The translations under genes were made by a program, and so were the position numbers. From Minisyncoccota bacterium (lineage in GTDB: Bacteria; Patescibacteriota; Minisyncoccia; Phycocordibacterales; Zambryskibacteraceae), in assembly GCA_036517475.1 (NCBI GenBank), contig DATDVZ010000008.1:1-38681 (forward strand): 38,681 bases of DNA, written 5' to 3'. The notes beneath the pieces were generated by a model that worked only from the letters and a program-made list of their open reading frames with translations, was not told the DNA's origin and ran no database searches. Below, piece by piece: positions 1 through 8,344 of the stretch (the first letter of the stretch is position 1; each line of letters opens with the position of its first letter).

Positions 1-42
1 GTATCTTGAGGGCTCCCCTCAAGATTTCACCCCTCAAGATAC
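1..42. repeat. REP-like hairpin (AGGGCTCCCCT family) with a duplicated arm
   Basis: ATCTTGAGGG-ctc-CCCTCAAGAT at 3-25. A second CCCTCAAGATAC arm at 31-42 can pair with 1-12. The same core occurs at 5765-5775 and 5789-5799. Confidence 0.6.
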
Positions 43-127
43 ACCTTAAGGTTTTACTTTTTAGATTTAATTGAAAAACTTTTATTTCGTGTTATAATGT
101 TGGTAACAAATCAAATTAGAGATTAAA

Positions 128-1096
128 ATGAAAAGAATGAAAAAATACTTCATCCCCCACAAAGAAAACGACTACAAGCCGCATGTAATGCGCAAGACTT
201 CTCTTGCGGTAATCTCTCTATTATCTGTATTTGTCTTTTTCGTTGCTGTTCTACAGACAACAATTCTCCAAAAAAGTAATTTTTTAAGTGCTGTTATTCC
301 CCAGTCACTTGCAGTTCTTGCCAATTCTGACCGGGGTGCAAACAATCTGCAATCCCTTTCTTACAGTCCTGTTCTTGAGGCAGCTGCGCAAGAGAAAGCC
401 AATGATATGGCAGCCAAAGGTTACTTTGCTCACAACAGCCCAGAAGGCATTACTCCTTGGTACTGGTTTTCAAAAGTGGGGTACAGTTATGTTTACGCGG
501 GAGAAAATTTAGCGGTTAATTTTTCTGATTCTGCTGATGTTAATAATGCCTGGATGAATTCTCCCGGACACAGAGCAAATATTTTAAATGATAAATTTTC
601 AGAAGTCGGTATTGCAACTGCACTTGGCTACTATAAAGGTGCGGCAACGGTTTTTGTGGTTCAGATGTTTGGAAGACCATCGATTTCTATAAATCCTCCT
701 GTTCAAGTGGCAGCAGCTCCCACTCCGATTACTTCAATTACTGAATCAAATGAAACGATAACTTCTGAAAATGTATTGAGTGAATCTCAAACAGAAAATC
801 AAACTTTCATTGCAGTGGAGAATCCTGATGTAAAAGAGGTAGAGTTTAGTCCGGAAAGTGAAGAAGTAAGCGCCTCATGGATCCAGAAGGCGCTCTCCAG
901 CCCAAATAGAATGCTAAATCTATCGTATTTGATTATTGGCCTATTTGTTCTGATTTCGCTTCTTCTGATGGTATTTATTGAGATCAAGCACCAGCATCCC
1001 AGGAATGTCTTGGCAGCTGTAGGGGTGCTAGTTCTGATAGTTGCTCTAGCTTATATTTACCGAAGTTTTCTCCTTTCAGAAGTAATCGTCTTATAG
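128..1096 (+). CDS. CAP/SCP-domain membrane protein
   Basis: CAP motifs LEAAAQEKANDMAAKGYFAH, AGENLA and WMNSPGHRANIL; N-terminal TM helix and two C-terminal TM helices. Confidence 0.9.
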   Translation: MKRMKKYFIPHKENDYKPHVMRKTSLAVISLLSVFVFFVAVLQTTILQKSNFLSAVIPQSLAVLANSDRGANNLQSLSYSPVLEAAAQEKANDMAAKGYFAHNSPEGITPWYWFSKVGYSYVYAGENLAVNFSDSADVNNAWMNSPGHRANILNDKFSEVGIATALGYYKGAATVFVVQMFGRPSISINPPVQVAAAPTPITSITESNETITSENVLSESQTENQTFIAVENPDVKEVEFSPESEEVSASWIQKALSSPNRMLNLSYLIIGLFVLISLLLMVFIEIKHQHPRNVLAAVGVLVLIVALAYIYRSFLLSEVIVL

Positions 1097-1130
1097 CTTT
1101 CAGCCGCTAGCTTTTAGGTTAAATTTAAAT

Positions 1131-1162
1131 CCACTTGCAAACTTAGCGGGGGGGGTAGCATT
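1131..1162 (+). promoter_or_regulatory. sigma70-like promoter with G8 tract in the spacer
   Basis: TTGCAA (1135-1140), 15 bp spacer containing G8 (1148-1155), TAGCAT (1156-1161); near-identical to 3044-3076. Confidence 0.55.
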
Positions 1163-1188
1163 TAAGTATTAGAAATAAAAAAAATATT

Positions 1189-1716
1189 ATGGCACTTGAA
1201 TCACCACAGGAGTCTCAAGATAGTAAACCAAAAAAGCCTAACAAATTAAGGAAGATCGCTAGAGATGTTGGTTTAATGGCGGCAGGGGCTGTTGCAATGG
1301 AGGCGGGTCACACAATAAGAGATGTGTATGATCGCCATCAAGAAGAAAAAAGGCAGGAACAGGGAGTTGAGGCAGTAAACGGAGAATCAGAAGCGAGTAA
1401 ATACGCAAATGATTGGTTTGAAAAATACTATCACTTGAAAGAATATAACACTTCGGAGAGAGGTAACCAGTTAGTTCAGGAGTTTTTGCAGCACTTTCAG
1501 GATTTAAGTGAAGGTTTAGCTAAAGATCAGATTACGGATTTAACTAAGAAATATACACACTGGGATTTGGTTAGTATCAACAAAGTTCTCTATAGTATTA
1601 TTGGAAATCCCGGTAATACAACCATTACTGGAGAACTAATTATTTTTAATAACAATATTATGAGGTACTTGGGTGCTACTAATAAACCCATGTTTCCACA
1701 GCATTTAGAAAAATAA
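1189..1716 (+). CDS. hypothetical protein
   Basis: 175 aa ORF with an upstream promoter and downstream hairpins; no family recognised. Confidence 0.75.
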   Translation: MALESPQESQDSKPKKPNKLRKIARDVGLMAAGAVAMEAGHTIRDVYDRHQEEKRQEQGVEAVNGESEASKYANDWFEKYYHLKEYNTSERGNQLVQEFLQHFQDLSEGLAKDQITDLTKKYTHWDLVSINKVLYSIIGNPGNTTITGELIIFNNNIMRYLGATNKPMFPQHLEK

Positions 1717-1721
1717 AAGTT

Positions 1722-1867
1722 CCTCGGGGAAAGCCCCGAGGTATTGAGGGGATCCGCTTTACTCGTACGTTCACGCGGCAGAGCCGCGTGGTATTAAACC
1801 TTTGTTTCGACTTCTCTCGGACAGAGTGCAAAAGATTACTTTCGCACTCGTCTCTCGCTCGTCGAAA
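1722..1867. repeat. cluster of GC-rich hairpins (IS200/IS605-end or REP-like)
   Basis: CCTCGGGG-aaag-CCCCGAGG (1722-1741) and CACGCGGC-aga-GCCGCGTG (1772-1790), each ending in GGTATT; a longer imperfect hairpin at 1805-1867. Confidence 0.6.
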
Positions 1868-1874
1868 TAAATTT

Positions 1875-2363
1875 TTAGGTTTTAATTAAAATTTTTTTGT
1901 TGAGTTCAGAGTTTATTTTTTGAAGAGCTAATTTACCATCTTCAGTAAAAGGCCAAGCGAATAGTGTGGCATCTGTAGTGAGAGGGATTCTGGCAATTGC
2001 TTCAAGTGTAAGTTTTTTTGCATGACCTTGTTTCCTAAATTCTGGGATTGTTATCGCAGAACATAGATAAAGGGCAGAGTAATTTTGGTCAGGCAATGTT
2101 TTCTCAAGGAGTTCTCTTTCTGTTATTTTATCAGCGAGAAAATCATTCACTATATCTTTTGTAGTTGGCACAACCACAACCCAAGAAATTAATTTTCCGT
2201 TTTCTTCCTCGTACAATACACAGTTTTCATTTAATTTTTGAAGTTTATTCCAAGAATCCATTGTTATCGGCATTTGATTGGGGTCATTGCGTGTGCCAAA
2301 AATAGATTCAGCGACCCTCATCATTTCATCAAGAACTTCCTGATTTGGTTTATTACTTATCAT
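1875..2363 (-). CDS. GNAT-like acetyltransferase
   Basis: Acetyl-CoA-binding motif-A-like segment ITIPEFRKQGHAKKL. Confidence 0.6.
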   Translation of the reverse strand: MISNKPNQEVLDEMMRVAESIFGTRNDPNQMPITMDSWNKLQKLNENCVLYEEENGKLISWVVVVPTTKDIVNDFLADKITERELLEKTLPDQNYSALYLCSAITIPEFRKQGHAKKLTLEAIARIPLTTDATLFAWPFTEDGKLALQKINSELNKKILIKT

Positions 2364-2381
2364 TTTATTCCTTTATTTCTT

Positions 2382-2425
2382 ATTACTATTCCATACTATG
2401 ATATATCATAGTATGGAATAGTAAT
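2382..2425. repeat. 44 bp perfect palindrome with core TACTATGATATATCATAGTA
   Basis: Perfectly self-complementary from 2382 to 2425; lies between the TrpR-like stop and the GNAT start. Confidence 0.9.
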
Positions 2426-2429
2426 TATA

Positions 2430-2840
2430 TTATTTAGGAGTAGGGAAGAGCAAAAAATAGAGCGGATATTTTTTCTTTAGTCTATAGAGCGCGCTTTTTG
2501 CATAAAGCTTTTTTTCTTTTCTACTTTGAAATTCTTTATTCATCTCTCCAATTGCATTCTCAAAACCAGGAAATTTATCCTTGAGCCACCTATCAACACG
2601 GCCAATAGTATCAAGCCCGACGTGCATTGATTCGGCTATTTCTTCCCATATCTCGCCATTTATTAGTCTTTGCGCGATCAGTATTCTTCTTCCTAGCATT
2701 ATACGTTCACTCTCTGTTAGAAGATCTCGCAATAATAACTTCATTGCTTCTCTTCCATGTATTACAGAAGCTGCCGTATAAAGCGCGTCAAGCGTTTTAA
2801 CTCTATCTTTGTTAGTTAAATTCTCCTTTTTTATTTTCAT
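2430..2840 (-). CDS. TrpR / YerC-YecD family helix-turn-helix protein
   Basis: LLRDLLTESERIMLGRRILIAQRL...EEIAESMHVGLDTIGRVDRWL matches the TrpR-like HTH pattern. Confidence 0.8.
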   Translation of the reverse strand: MKIKKENLTNKDRVKTLDALYTAASVIHGREAMKLLLRDLLTESERIMLGRRILIAQRLINGEIWEEIAESMHVGLDTIGRVDRWLKDKFPGFENAIGEMNKEFQSRKEKKLYAKSALYRLKKKYPLYFLLFPTPK

Positions 2841-2882
2841 TGTGTTGTTTGTATTATTTGGGCGCCTAAATACATAATTTAC

Positions 2883-2960
2883 ATACTATGATATATCATA
2901 GTATAAAATAATTAAAATTAATGGGTATTAAAATACTATGATATATCATAGTATTTTAAT
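2883..2960. repeat. two more TACTATGATATATCATAGTA palindromes
   Basis: 22 bp palindrome at 2883-2904 and 34 bp palindrome at 2927-2960, centres exactly 50 bp apart, upstream of the TrpR-like gene. Confidence 0.9.
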
Positions 2961-3043
2961 TAACAATTGAGAATTCACAATTAATGATTAACAAAAGAAT
3001 GTATTTGGTGCAGATTCCAGGTTAATTCTTTAGTTATGTTTTT

Positions 3044-3076
3044 CCACTTGCAAACTTGGCGGGGGGGGGTAGTATT
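3044..3076 (+). promoter_or_regulatory. sigma70-like promoter with G9 tract in the spacer
   Basis: TTGCAA (3048-3053), 16 bp spacer containing G9 (3061-3069), TAGTAT (3070-3075). Confidence 0.6.
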
Positions 3077-3103
3077 AGCTAATAAACATAAACAATAACC
3101 TTT

Positions 3104-3469
3104 ATGTCAGCAGAAAAATACACACCATCGGATGAAGAAGTGCGTCTGGGGCAAGAAATGTCAGATCTGGTAAAACGTGAAAATGACAAGGAACATCTCA
3201 AGAAGTCAGGAATTTCATGGCTAAAAGAAGAAAAGGCAAGGGTGGAACGCGAGAGTTCGAGCGAGATTGATTATCTTTCTGCGGTTCATGGCACAACAGG
3301 ACAGACACGAGCACAACAAAAATATAGACTTGGTTTGCTTGATGAAGTATTGAAAGAACTTCAACTTGAAAGTGATATCAGGAGAGAAGCAGAAAGCATG
3401 AGTGTTGGTGAATTGGAAAAGTATATCTCTCTTTTTACGAGAATACTCCAAAAGAAGAAAGGAAACTAA
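3104..3469 (+). CDS. hypothetical protein (charged, helical)
   Basis: 121 aa ORF downstream of the poly-G promoter. Confidence 0.7.
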   Translation: MSAEKYTPSDEEVRLGQEMSDLVKRENDKEHLKKSGISWLKEEKARVERESSSEIDYLSAVHGTTGQTRAQQKYRLGLLDEVLKELQLESDIRREAESMSVGELEKYISLFTRILQKKKGN

Positions 3470-3519
3470 ACTAAACAGAATAAAATGAAATCTAAGCAAG
3501 GTCGAACCTTGCTTAGATT

Positions 3520-4470
3520 TTACTTCGCATGTAAATGCATGTAAATATCTTCTAGGGCGCGGACGGCGTCGCCGGCGGCGATGTTATTTTGATGGTAAAG
3601 GGTGTCAGTTGAATCGCCAGCTGCCCAGATTCCTTTTGTTTGCGTCTGGCTTGTTCTTGGGTCAATTATTATCTGACCGTATTGATTTAAAGGCACCAAA
3701 TCCTTCACATAATTTGTTGAAGGGATAAGACCGATTTCAACAAACACTCCCTCAGCTGGTATTTCCACCGTTCTTTTACTTATTTCATCTTGATAAATAA
3801 CTGAAGTCACAAATTTATTACCTTTTATTTCAATAGGGGTAGCATTTTCATAAGCCTTCATTTTAGGATTTTCCAGAACCTTTTTTATTGTAACTGGATC
3901 AGCGCGGAAAGGGCCGTGTGTAATTAAAGTTACACTTTTGCAATATGCCAGAAGCTGGGCGGCAGTTTCAAAACCTGCATTCCCCCCGCCTATAACAACA
4001 ACATCTTTATCTGCAAATAAGGGACCATCGCAGGATGCGCAGTATGTAATGCCTTTGTTTTCAAATTCTTTTGCTCCCGGAATTTGGAGTTTTCTTCTCT
4101 GACTTCCGGTTGCTATTAGAATGGTCTTAGCTTCATATTCTGATTTATCAGTTTTAATTGTAAAAGTTGCTTGCCCTGAGCCCGTCGAAGAGTTTTTTGT
4201 TACTTTTAGTACTTTTTCTCCTGCATGAATATCAACTAAATCTGCCGCATATGCCCTCAAGTGCTTTTCAAGAATTTCGGCAAATTCTAGACCACTTATT
4301 TTCACCGTTCCTATCCAATTTTCAATCCCCATTGATTCCGTGCTTTGCCCACCCCAGCTTTCAGTGATGAATAGAGTTTTAAGGTGTTTTCTGGCTGCAT
4401 AAACGCCGGCTGCCACACCGGCCGGCCCACCCCCTAAAATAGCAAGATCATACATAGAAGTAAGAATCAT
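3520..4470 (-). CDS. trxB: thioredoxin reductase-like FAD/NADPH disulfide oxidoreductase
   Basis: GGGPAG FAD motif, YCASCDG redox pair, VIGGGNAG NADPH motif, C-terminal WAAGD. Confidence 0.85.
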   Translation of the reverse strand: MILTSMYDLAILGGGPAGVAAGVYAARKHLKTLFITESWGGQSTESMGIENWIGTVKISGLEFAEILEKHLRAYAADLVDIHAGEKVLKVTKNSSTGSGQATFTIKTDKSEYEAKTILIATGSQRRKLQIPGAKEFENKGITYCASCDGPLFADKDVVVIGGGNAGFETAAQLLAYCKSVTLITHGPFRADPVTIKKVLENPKMKAYENATPIEIKGNKFVTSVIYQDEISKRTVEIPAEGVFVEIGLIPSTNYVKDLVPLNQYGQIIIDPRTSQTQTKGIWAAGDSTDTLYHQNNIAAGDAVRALEDIYMHLHAK

Positions 4471-4588
4471 GAATCACGAATAATTAATACAAGATAGCAG
4501 AAAAGGAGGGAATTACAAAATTTCTTGTTTATGATGATGAATGTTAACAAAATATACGATGTTATTTTATTAATATTTGAAATTAAAA

Positions 4589-4609
4589 AACCACGCTATA
4601 TGCGTGGTT
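4589..4609 (-). terminator. intrinsic terminator
   Basis: AACCACGC-tatat-GCGTGGTT followed by a T-run on the minus strand, just after the 4620 stop. Confidence 0.65.
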
Positions 4610-4619
4610 AAATTTTCAT

Positions 4620-5561
4620 TTAGTAAGTTCCTTTCCCAATCCACTTTTGTTGATTTACAGGAAACGATTTAACTTCGCCAGATACTTCAACTTTTGGTCG
4701 AAGGGCTTCAATCTGCTCCTGCAAGTCATCAAGCTTTCTTACAAGTCCAGCATCGCTTACGTCTTCGCGAATTTCGCGAAGACCATCGAGATAATTGCCT
4801 AAACGCCTGCTTGCTACACTAATACGAGGCTCGTCTTCATCAATTTTTTCATCAGCAAGAGCAAATTGGTGTTCTCTCACCACTTCAAGTGCTTCGGCGG
4901 TTAGCCGAGAGCAAACATCCCGAGCAGCCGCACTAATAGCTTTTCGCTTCTCCACCGCTCTTGCTCTGAGGATGTCGTTGTCGCGGCTCGACATGATGTG
5001 AAGACCGAGCATCGCGTATTCTTCAAGATCAGCCGTTACTGCCTCAATGAGAGGAGTAGCTTCTCCTGGCACAAACTCGGTGAGCTTCTCAAGAGCCAGA
5101 ACAAAGCCCATTGCAATTTCATCACTGCCTACCAGCTCTTTGAGCAGATTAGCAAAGGTTTTACGCTCTTCTTTTATTTCCTCTTCTCTCTTTTGTTTTA
5201 ATGCAAATTTGATTTTATTATTTGCATAGATGACAAGTTCTCCGAAAGAAATAAAGCCAACAGCTAAAGAAATGATAATTACGATCAGAGCTAAAAACTT
5301 GGCGCCTATCACAAGTGTGGCAAGGACTCCCAGCGCTGCAGCGACCCAGCCAACCACTAATGGAAATCTGATCTTATCTGGAATTGTCTGGCCGATATTA
5401 CGTTCATGGCCACATAATACTATTAGTACAAGAAGTGAAAATATAGCTAAAATAGGAACATTGACTGTAGTTTTCGGCACAAAAAAAAGTAAATATGAGA
5501 TTGCAGTTATCAAAGGAAAAATGACTGCAAACCTCATGAAATACATGATCTTTTTAAACAT
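4620..5561 (-). CDS. hypothetical membrane protein (about four N-terminal TM helices, helical cytoplasmic C-terminus)
   Basis: Track ORF 4620-5591; ATG at 5561 preferred because AAGGAG lies just upstream. Confidence 0.75.
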   Translation of the reverse strand: MFKKIMYFMRFAVIFPLITAISYLLFFVPKTTVNVPILAIFSLLVLIVLCGHERNIGQTIPDKIRFPLVVGWVAAALGVLATLVIGAKFLALIVIIISLAVGFISFGELVIYANNKIKFALKQKREEEIKEERKTFANLLKELVGSDEIAMGFVLALEKLTEFVPGEATPLIEAVTADLEEYAMLGLHIMSSRDNDILRARAVEKRKAISAAARDVCSRLTAEALEVVREHQFALADEKIDEDEPRISVASRRLGNYLDGLREIREDVSDAGLVRKLDDLQEQIEALRPKVEVSGEVKSFPVNQQKWIGKGTY

Positions 5562-5644
5562 CAATGAGCTCCTTGTGAGTTTCTGATGCAATTATAATAC
5601 AAAATTTTAAAATAGCAACAGTAAAAAAATATAATTTTAAAAGC

Positions 5645-5679
5645 AATCAAAAATTCTGCTTGTGGCAGAATTTTTGATT
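5645..5679. terminator. bidirectional terminator-like hairpin downstream of ftsZ
   Basis: AATCAAAAATTCTGC-ttgtg-GCAGAATTTTTGATT, 15 bp stem. Confidence 0.65.
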
Positions 5680-5691
5680 ATTGTTAGTTGT

Positions 5692-5723
5692 CCGCCTAAA
5701 TTTCTCTTGGAAATTTTGGGCGG
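5692..5723. repeat. CCGCC-AAATTT palindromic element
   Basis: CCGCCTAAATTTC-tcttg-GAAATTTTGGGCGG; a related copy lies in-frame in the cysteine desulfurase gene (32637-32673). Confidence 0.6.
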
Positions 5724-5760
5724 TCAAATTATTGGTTATTTAAACTTTGATTTTAACGTT

Positions 5761-5803
5761 ACCAAGGGGAGCCCTTGGGAATTCTTTAAGGGCTCCCCTT
5801 GGT
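5761..5803. repeat. inverted doublet of AGGGCTCCCCT REP-like hairpins
   Basis: 16 bp perfect inverted arms ACCAAGGGGAGCCCTT / AAGGGCTCCCCTTGGT, directly after the ftsZ stop. Confidence 0.7.
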
Positions 5804-5805
5804 AT

Positions 5806-6936
5806 TTATTTTAATTTAGAGCGACGTAGAAATGCCGGCACTGCTCCCCAGTCATCATCCTCCTTGTCCTCATCAGTTTTTTTACTCTGAATAGTCGGCT
5901 CTTCTTTCTGGGGTACTGCATTAAAAATTTTACCTCTTTTATCATCATCGGATGACCCGAAAAGCGACTTTTTTACTGTTCCTTCGGGGAAACCGGTTGC
6001 AATAACAGTAACTTTGATTTCTCCTTTCTTCAGCCTTTCATCGCGAACCGTACCGAAGATAATCTTGGCATTTGGATCCACTGATTCGGTGATTATCTTT
6101 GCCGCGTCCTGTATTTCAAACATAGTGAGGTCATCTCCGCCGGCAATTGAGAAGAGCACTCCTTTTGCGCCAGCAATTGAAACCTCAAGAAGAGGTGAGT
6201 TAATGGCAATACGAGCAGCCTCCTCTGCTCTTTTCTCGCCAGAAGCATAACCAATACCCATGAGAGCCGGTCCGGCATTTTCCATTACTGCTCTGATATC
6301 AGCAAAGTCAATATTAATTATTCCCGGAGTCGTAACCAAATCAGAAATTCCTTCAACTGCTTTTCTTAAAATGTCATCACACATTGCAAAAGCTTGCTTT
6401 GCTGTAGTGTCTTTATCTACCGTTGCAAGCAGTCTGTCATTTGGAATTACAATCAAAGCATCAACGCTCTGTTTTAAGTCATCAATTCCTGATTCTGCCA
6501 AGCGCATTCGTAGCATCCCTTCGAAGAAAAACGGCTTAGTGACAACGCCTACTGTCAGCACGCCGGATTCCTTAGCTACTTTTGAGATTGCCGGCGCCGC
6601 ACCCGTGCCCGTACCTCCTCCCATACCGCAGGTTATAAAAGCCATATCAGCACCCTTAACAACTTCTTGAATCTCTTCTTTATTTTCTTCCGCGGCGCGC
6701 TTACCAAGGTCAACATTCATTCCGGTGCCCAGACCTTTTGTAAGATTTTTTCCGATGTGGATTTTTTTCTTGGCATGTGAATGGTGAAGGTCTTGAGCAT
6801 CCGTGTTAACAGCAATAAAATCAACTCCACGAACTTTTGAGTTGATCATATGATTAACAGCATTCTTGCCTGAGCCGCCAACTCCGATAACTTTGATACG
6901 TGCAAAAGCTTCTATATCCGGTTTAACTTGGGGCAT
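5806..6936 (-). CDS. ftsZ: cell division protein FtsZ
   Basis: IKVIGVGGSG, VNTDAQDL, tubulin signature GMGGGTGTG, C-terminal VPAFLRR. Confidence 0.98.
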   Translation of the reverse strand: MPQVKPDIEAFARIKVIGVGGSGKNAVNHMINSKVRGVDFIAVNTDAQDLHHSHAKKKIHIGKNLTKGLGTGMNVDLGKRAAEENKEEIQEVVKGADMAFITCGMGGGTGTGAAPAISKVAKESGVLTVGVVTKPFFFEGMLRMRLAESGIDDLKQSVDALIVIPNDRLLATVDKDTTAKQAFAMCDDILRKAVEGISDLVTTPGIINIDFADIRAVMENAGPALMGIGYASGEKRAEEAARIAINSPLLEVSIAGAKGVLFSIAGGDDLTMFEIQDAAKIITESVDPNAKIIFGTVRDERLKKGEIKVTVIATGFPEGTVKKSLFGSSDDDKRGKIFNAVPQKEEPTIQSKKTDEDKEDDDWGAVPAFLRRSKLK

Positions 6937-7078
6937 GAATTTAAATTAAAAATTAAATCTAAAAAATCAAAATTTAAAGTTAATAAAATTAAAAATTAAA
7001 ATTGTTATTCCTAAATACTACCACTATAATTTTTGCAGTAAAGTCCATTAACGATATACACAAAAATATTGCTTTTCA

Positions 7079-8260
7079 CTAAGGCAAAAGAGGGTCGATC
7101 CAGTTTTTTATAGCCTTAAAAATTTTTATCGGGGCCTTAATTAGAATAGTGCTGCCTGACGGGTCATCATCACTAAATCCGGCAATGCAAAGACCCAGTG
7201 CAACAGCAAAAAATGCCTCTCTGATTCTACCTTTATCTTTTTCAAGAAAATTTATGTGGCCGACGCGCGAGGGAAGTTCAAGAGAAGCTTTTGCCAATTC
7301 TTCAACTACAGCCAGATTGCTGCCACCGCCAGTAATGACAATGCCGGCTGGGAGTAATCCGCTTTTACCGATTTTTTTCAGATGAGCTTCAATCAGTTCA
7401 AAAATATCCGTGAGTCTGGCAGAAATAATTTCATCCAGTTTTTTTCTCGGATAACTGTTTAGAGTAATTCCTCCGAGTTTGATACTTTCTGCCTCTTCAA
7501 GAGATATTCTCATTCCCAGAGCTATATCATTTGTAATATCAGCTCCACCGATGGGAAAAACCTCAAGTGAAATGGGCTTATTATTCTCATATACAACTAT
7601 TGAAACTGTTTCTGAACCGATGTTTGCAAGGACAACTCCAGCAATTCTCTGGGTTTTGGTCAAAGTCACGAAACTAGCAGCAATGGGGGATGCCACAACA
7701 TCAACAACATCAATACCCGCTTCAATTACCGCCTCAGTCAGATCCCTAAGATGAGTTTCAAGACATGTTATGAAAAGAGCCCTAACTTCAAGTTTCACCC
7801 CCTTGAGCCCGACCGGAGAATGACCCAACACTTCCTTGCCATCAACTCTGTATTTGACGGGAATCTCATAAATAATAGTTCTGTTTTGCGATGCATTTTT
7901 TGGAATTTCTTCTCTGGCGACTTCCATTGCCGTTTCAGTGTCTCGGCCCGTAATCTCCAGATCACCCCGAGAAATCATGGCAACTCCGGTAGATGTCACG
8001 GCAGAAAGTCCTATACCTCCTACAGAAACATAAGCTTTCTTGATTCTCATCCCCGATGATTTTTCAGCCTGACTTAGGGCAGAGCGGATTGCTTTTGAAA
8101 CTTCCGGAATATTAACAATATAGCCATGGCGCATACCCCAGGATTGAGTTATACCTGTTCCAAGAATTCTCGGATGCTCGTCGTTTTCGGAAGATTTTTC
8201 CGCAACAACAACCTTTATTTGATATGTACCTATGTCTATGCCTACGGCGATGTTTCTCAT
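7079..8260 (-). CDS. ftsA: cell division protein FtsA
   Basis: GIDIGT, ANIGSET, PIGGADITNDIA and VITGGGS actin-like ATPase motifs; directly upstream of ftsZ. Confidence 0.95.
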   Translation of the reverse strand: MRNIAVGIDIGTYQIKVVVAEKSSENDEHPRILGTGITQSWGMRHGYIVNIPEVSKAIRSALSQAEKSSGMRIKKAYVSVGGIGLSAVTSTGVAMISRGDLEITGRDTETAMEVAREEIPKNASQNRTIIYEIPVKYRVDGKEVLGHSPVGLKGVKLEVRALFITCLETHLRDLTEAVIEAGIDVVDVVASPIAASFVTLTKTQRIAGVVLANIGSETVSIVVYENNKPISLEVFPIGGADITNDIALGMRISLEEAESIKLGGITLNSYPRKKLDEIISARLTDIFELIEAHLKKIGKSGLLPAGIVITGGGSNLAVVEELAKASLELPSRVGHINFLEKDKGRIREAFFAVALGLCIAGFSDDDPSGSTILIKAPIKIFKAIKNWIDPLLP

Positions 8261-8344
8261 AAATTTACTAACAACTTACAACTGACTACTAACAACAAAG
8301 ATTCAAAAGAGCCTAACTTTTAGTTACAAGTGGTAGGTTGTTGG

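Noticed and set aside
2382-2960. CRISPR array from the repeated palindromes
   Set aside because: Only three local copies with unequal spacing, a gene lies between them, and there are no cas genes.
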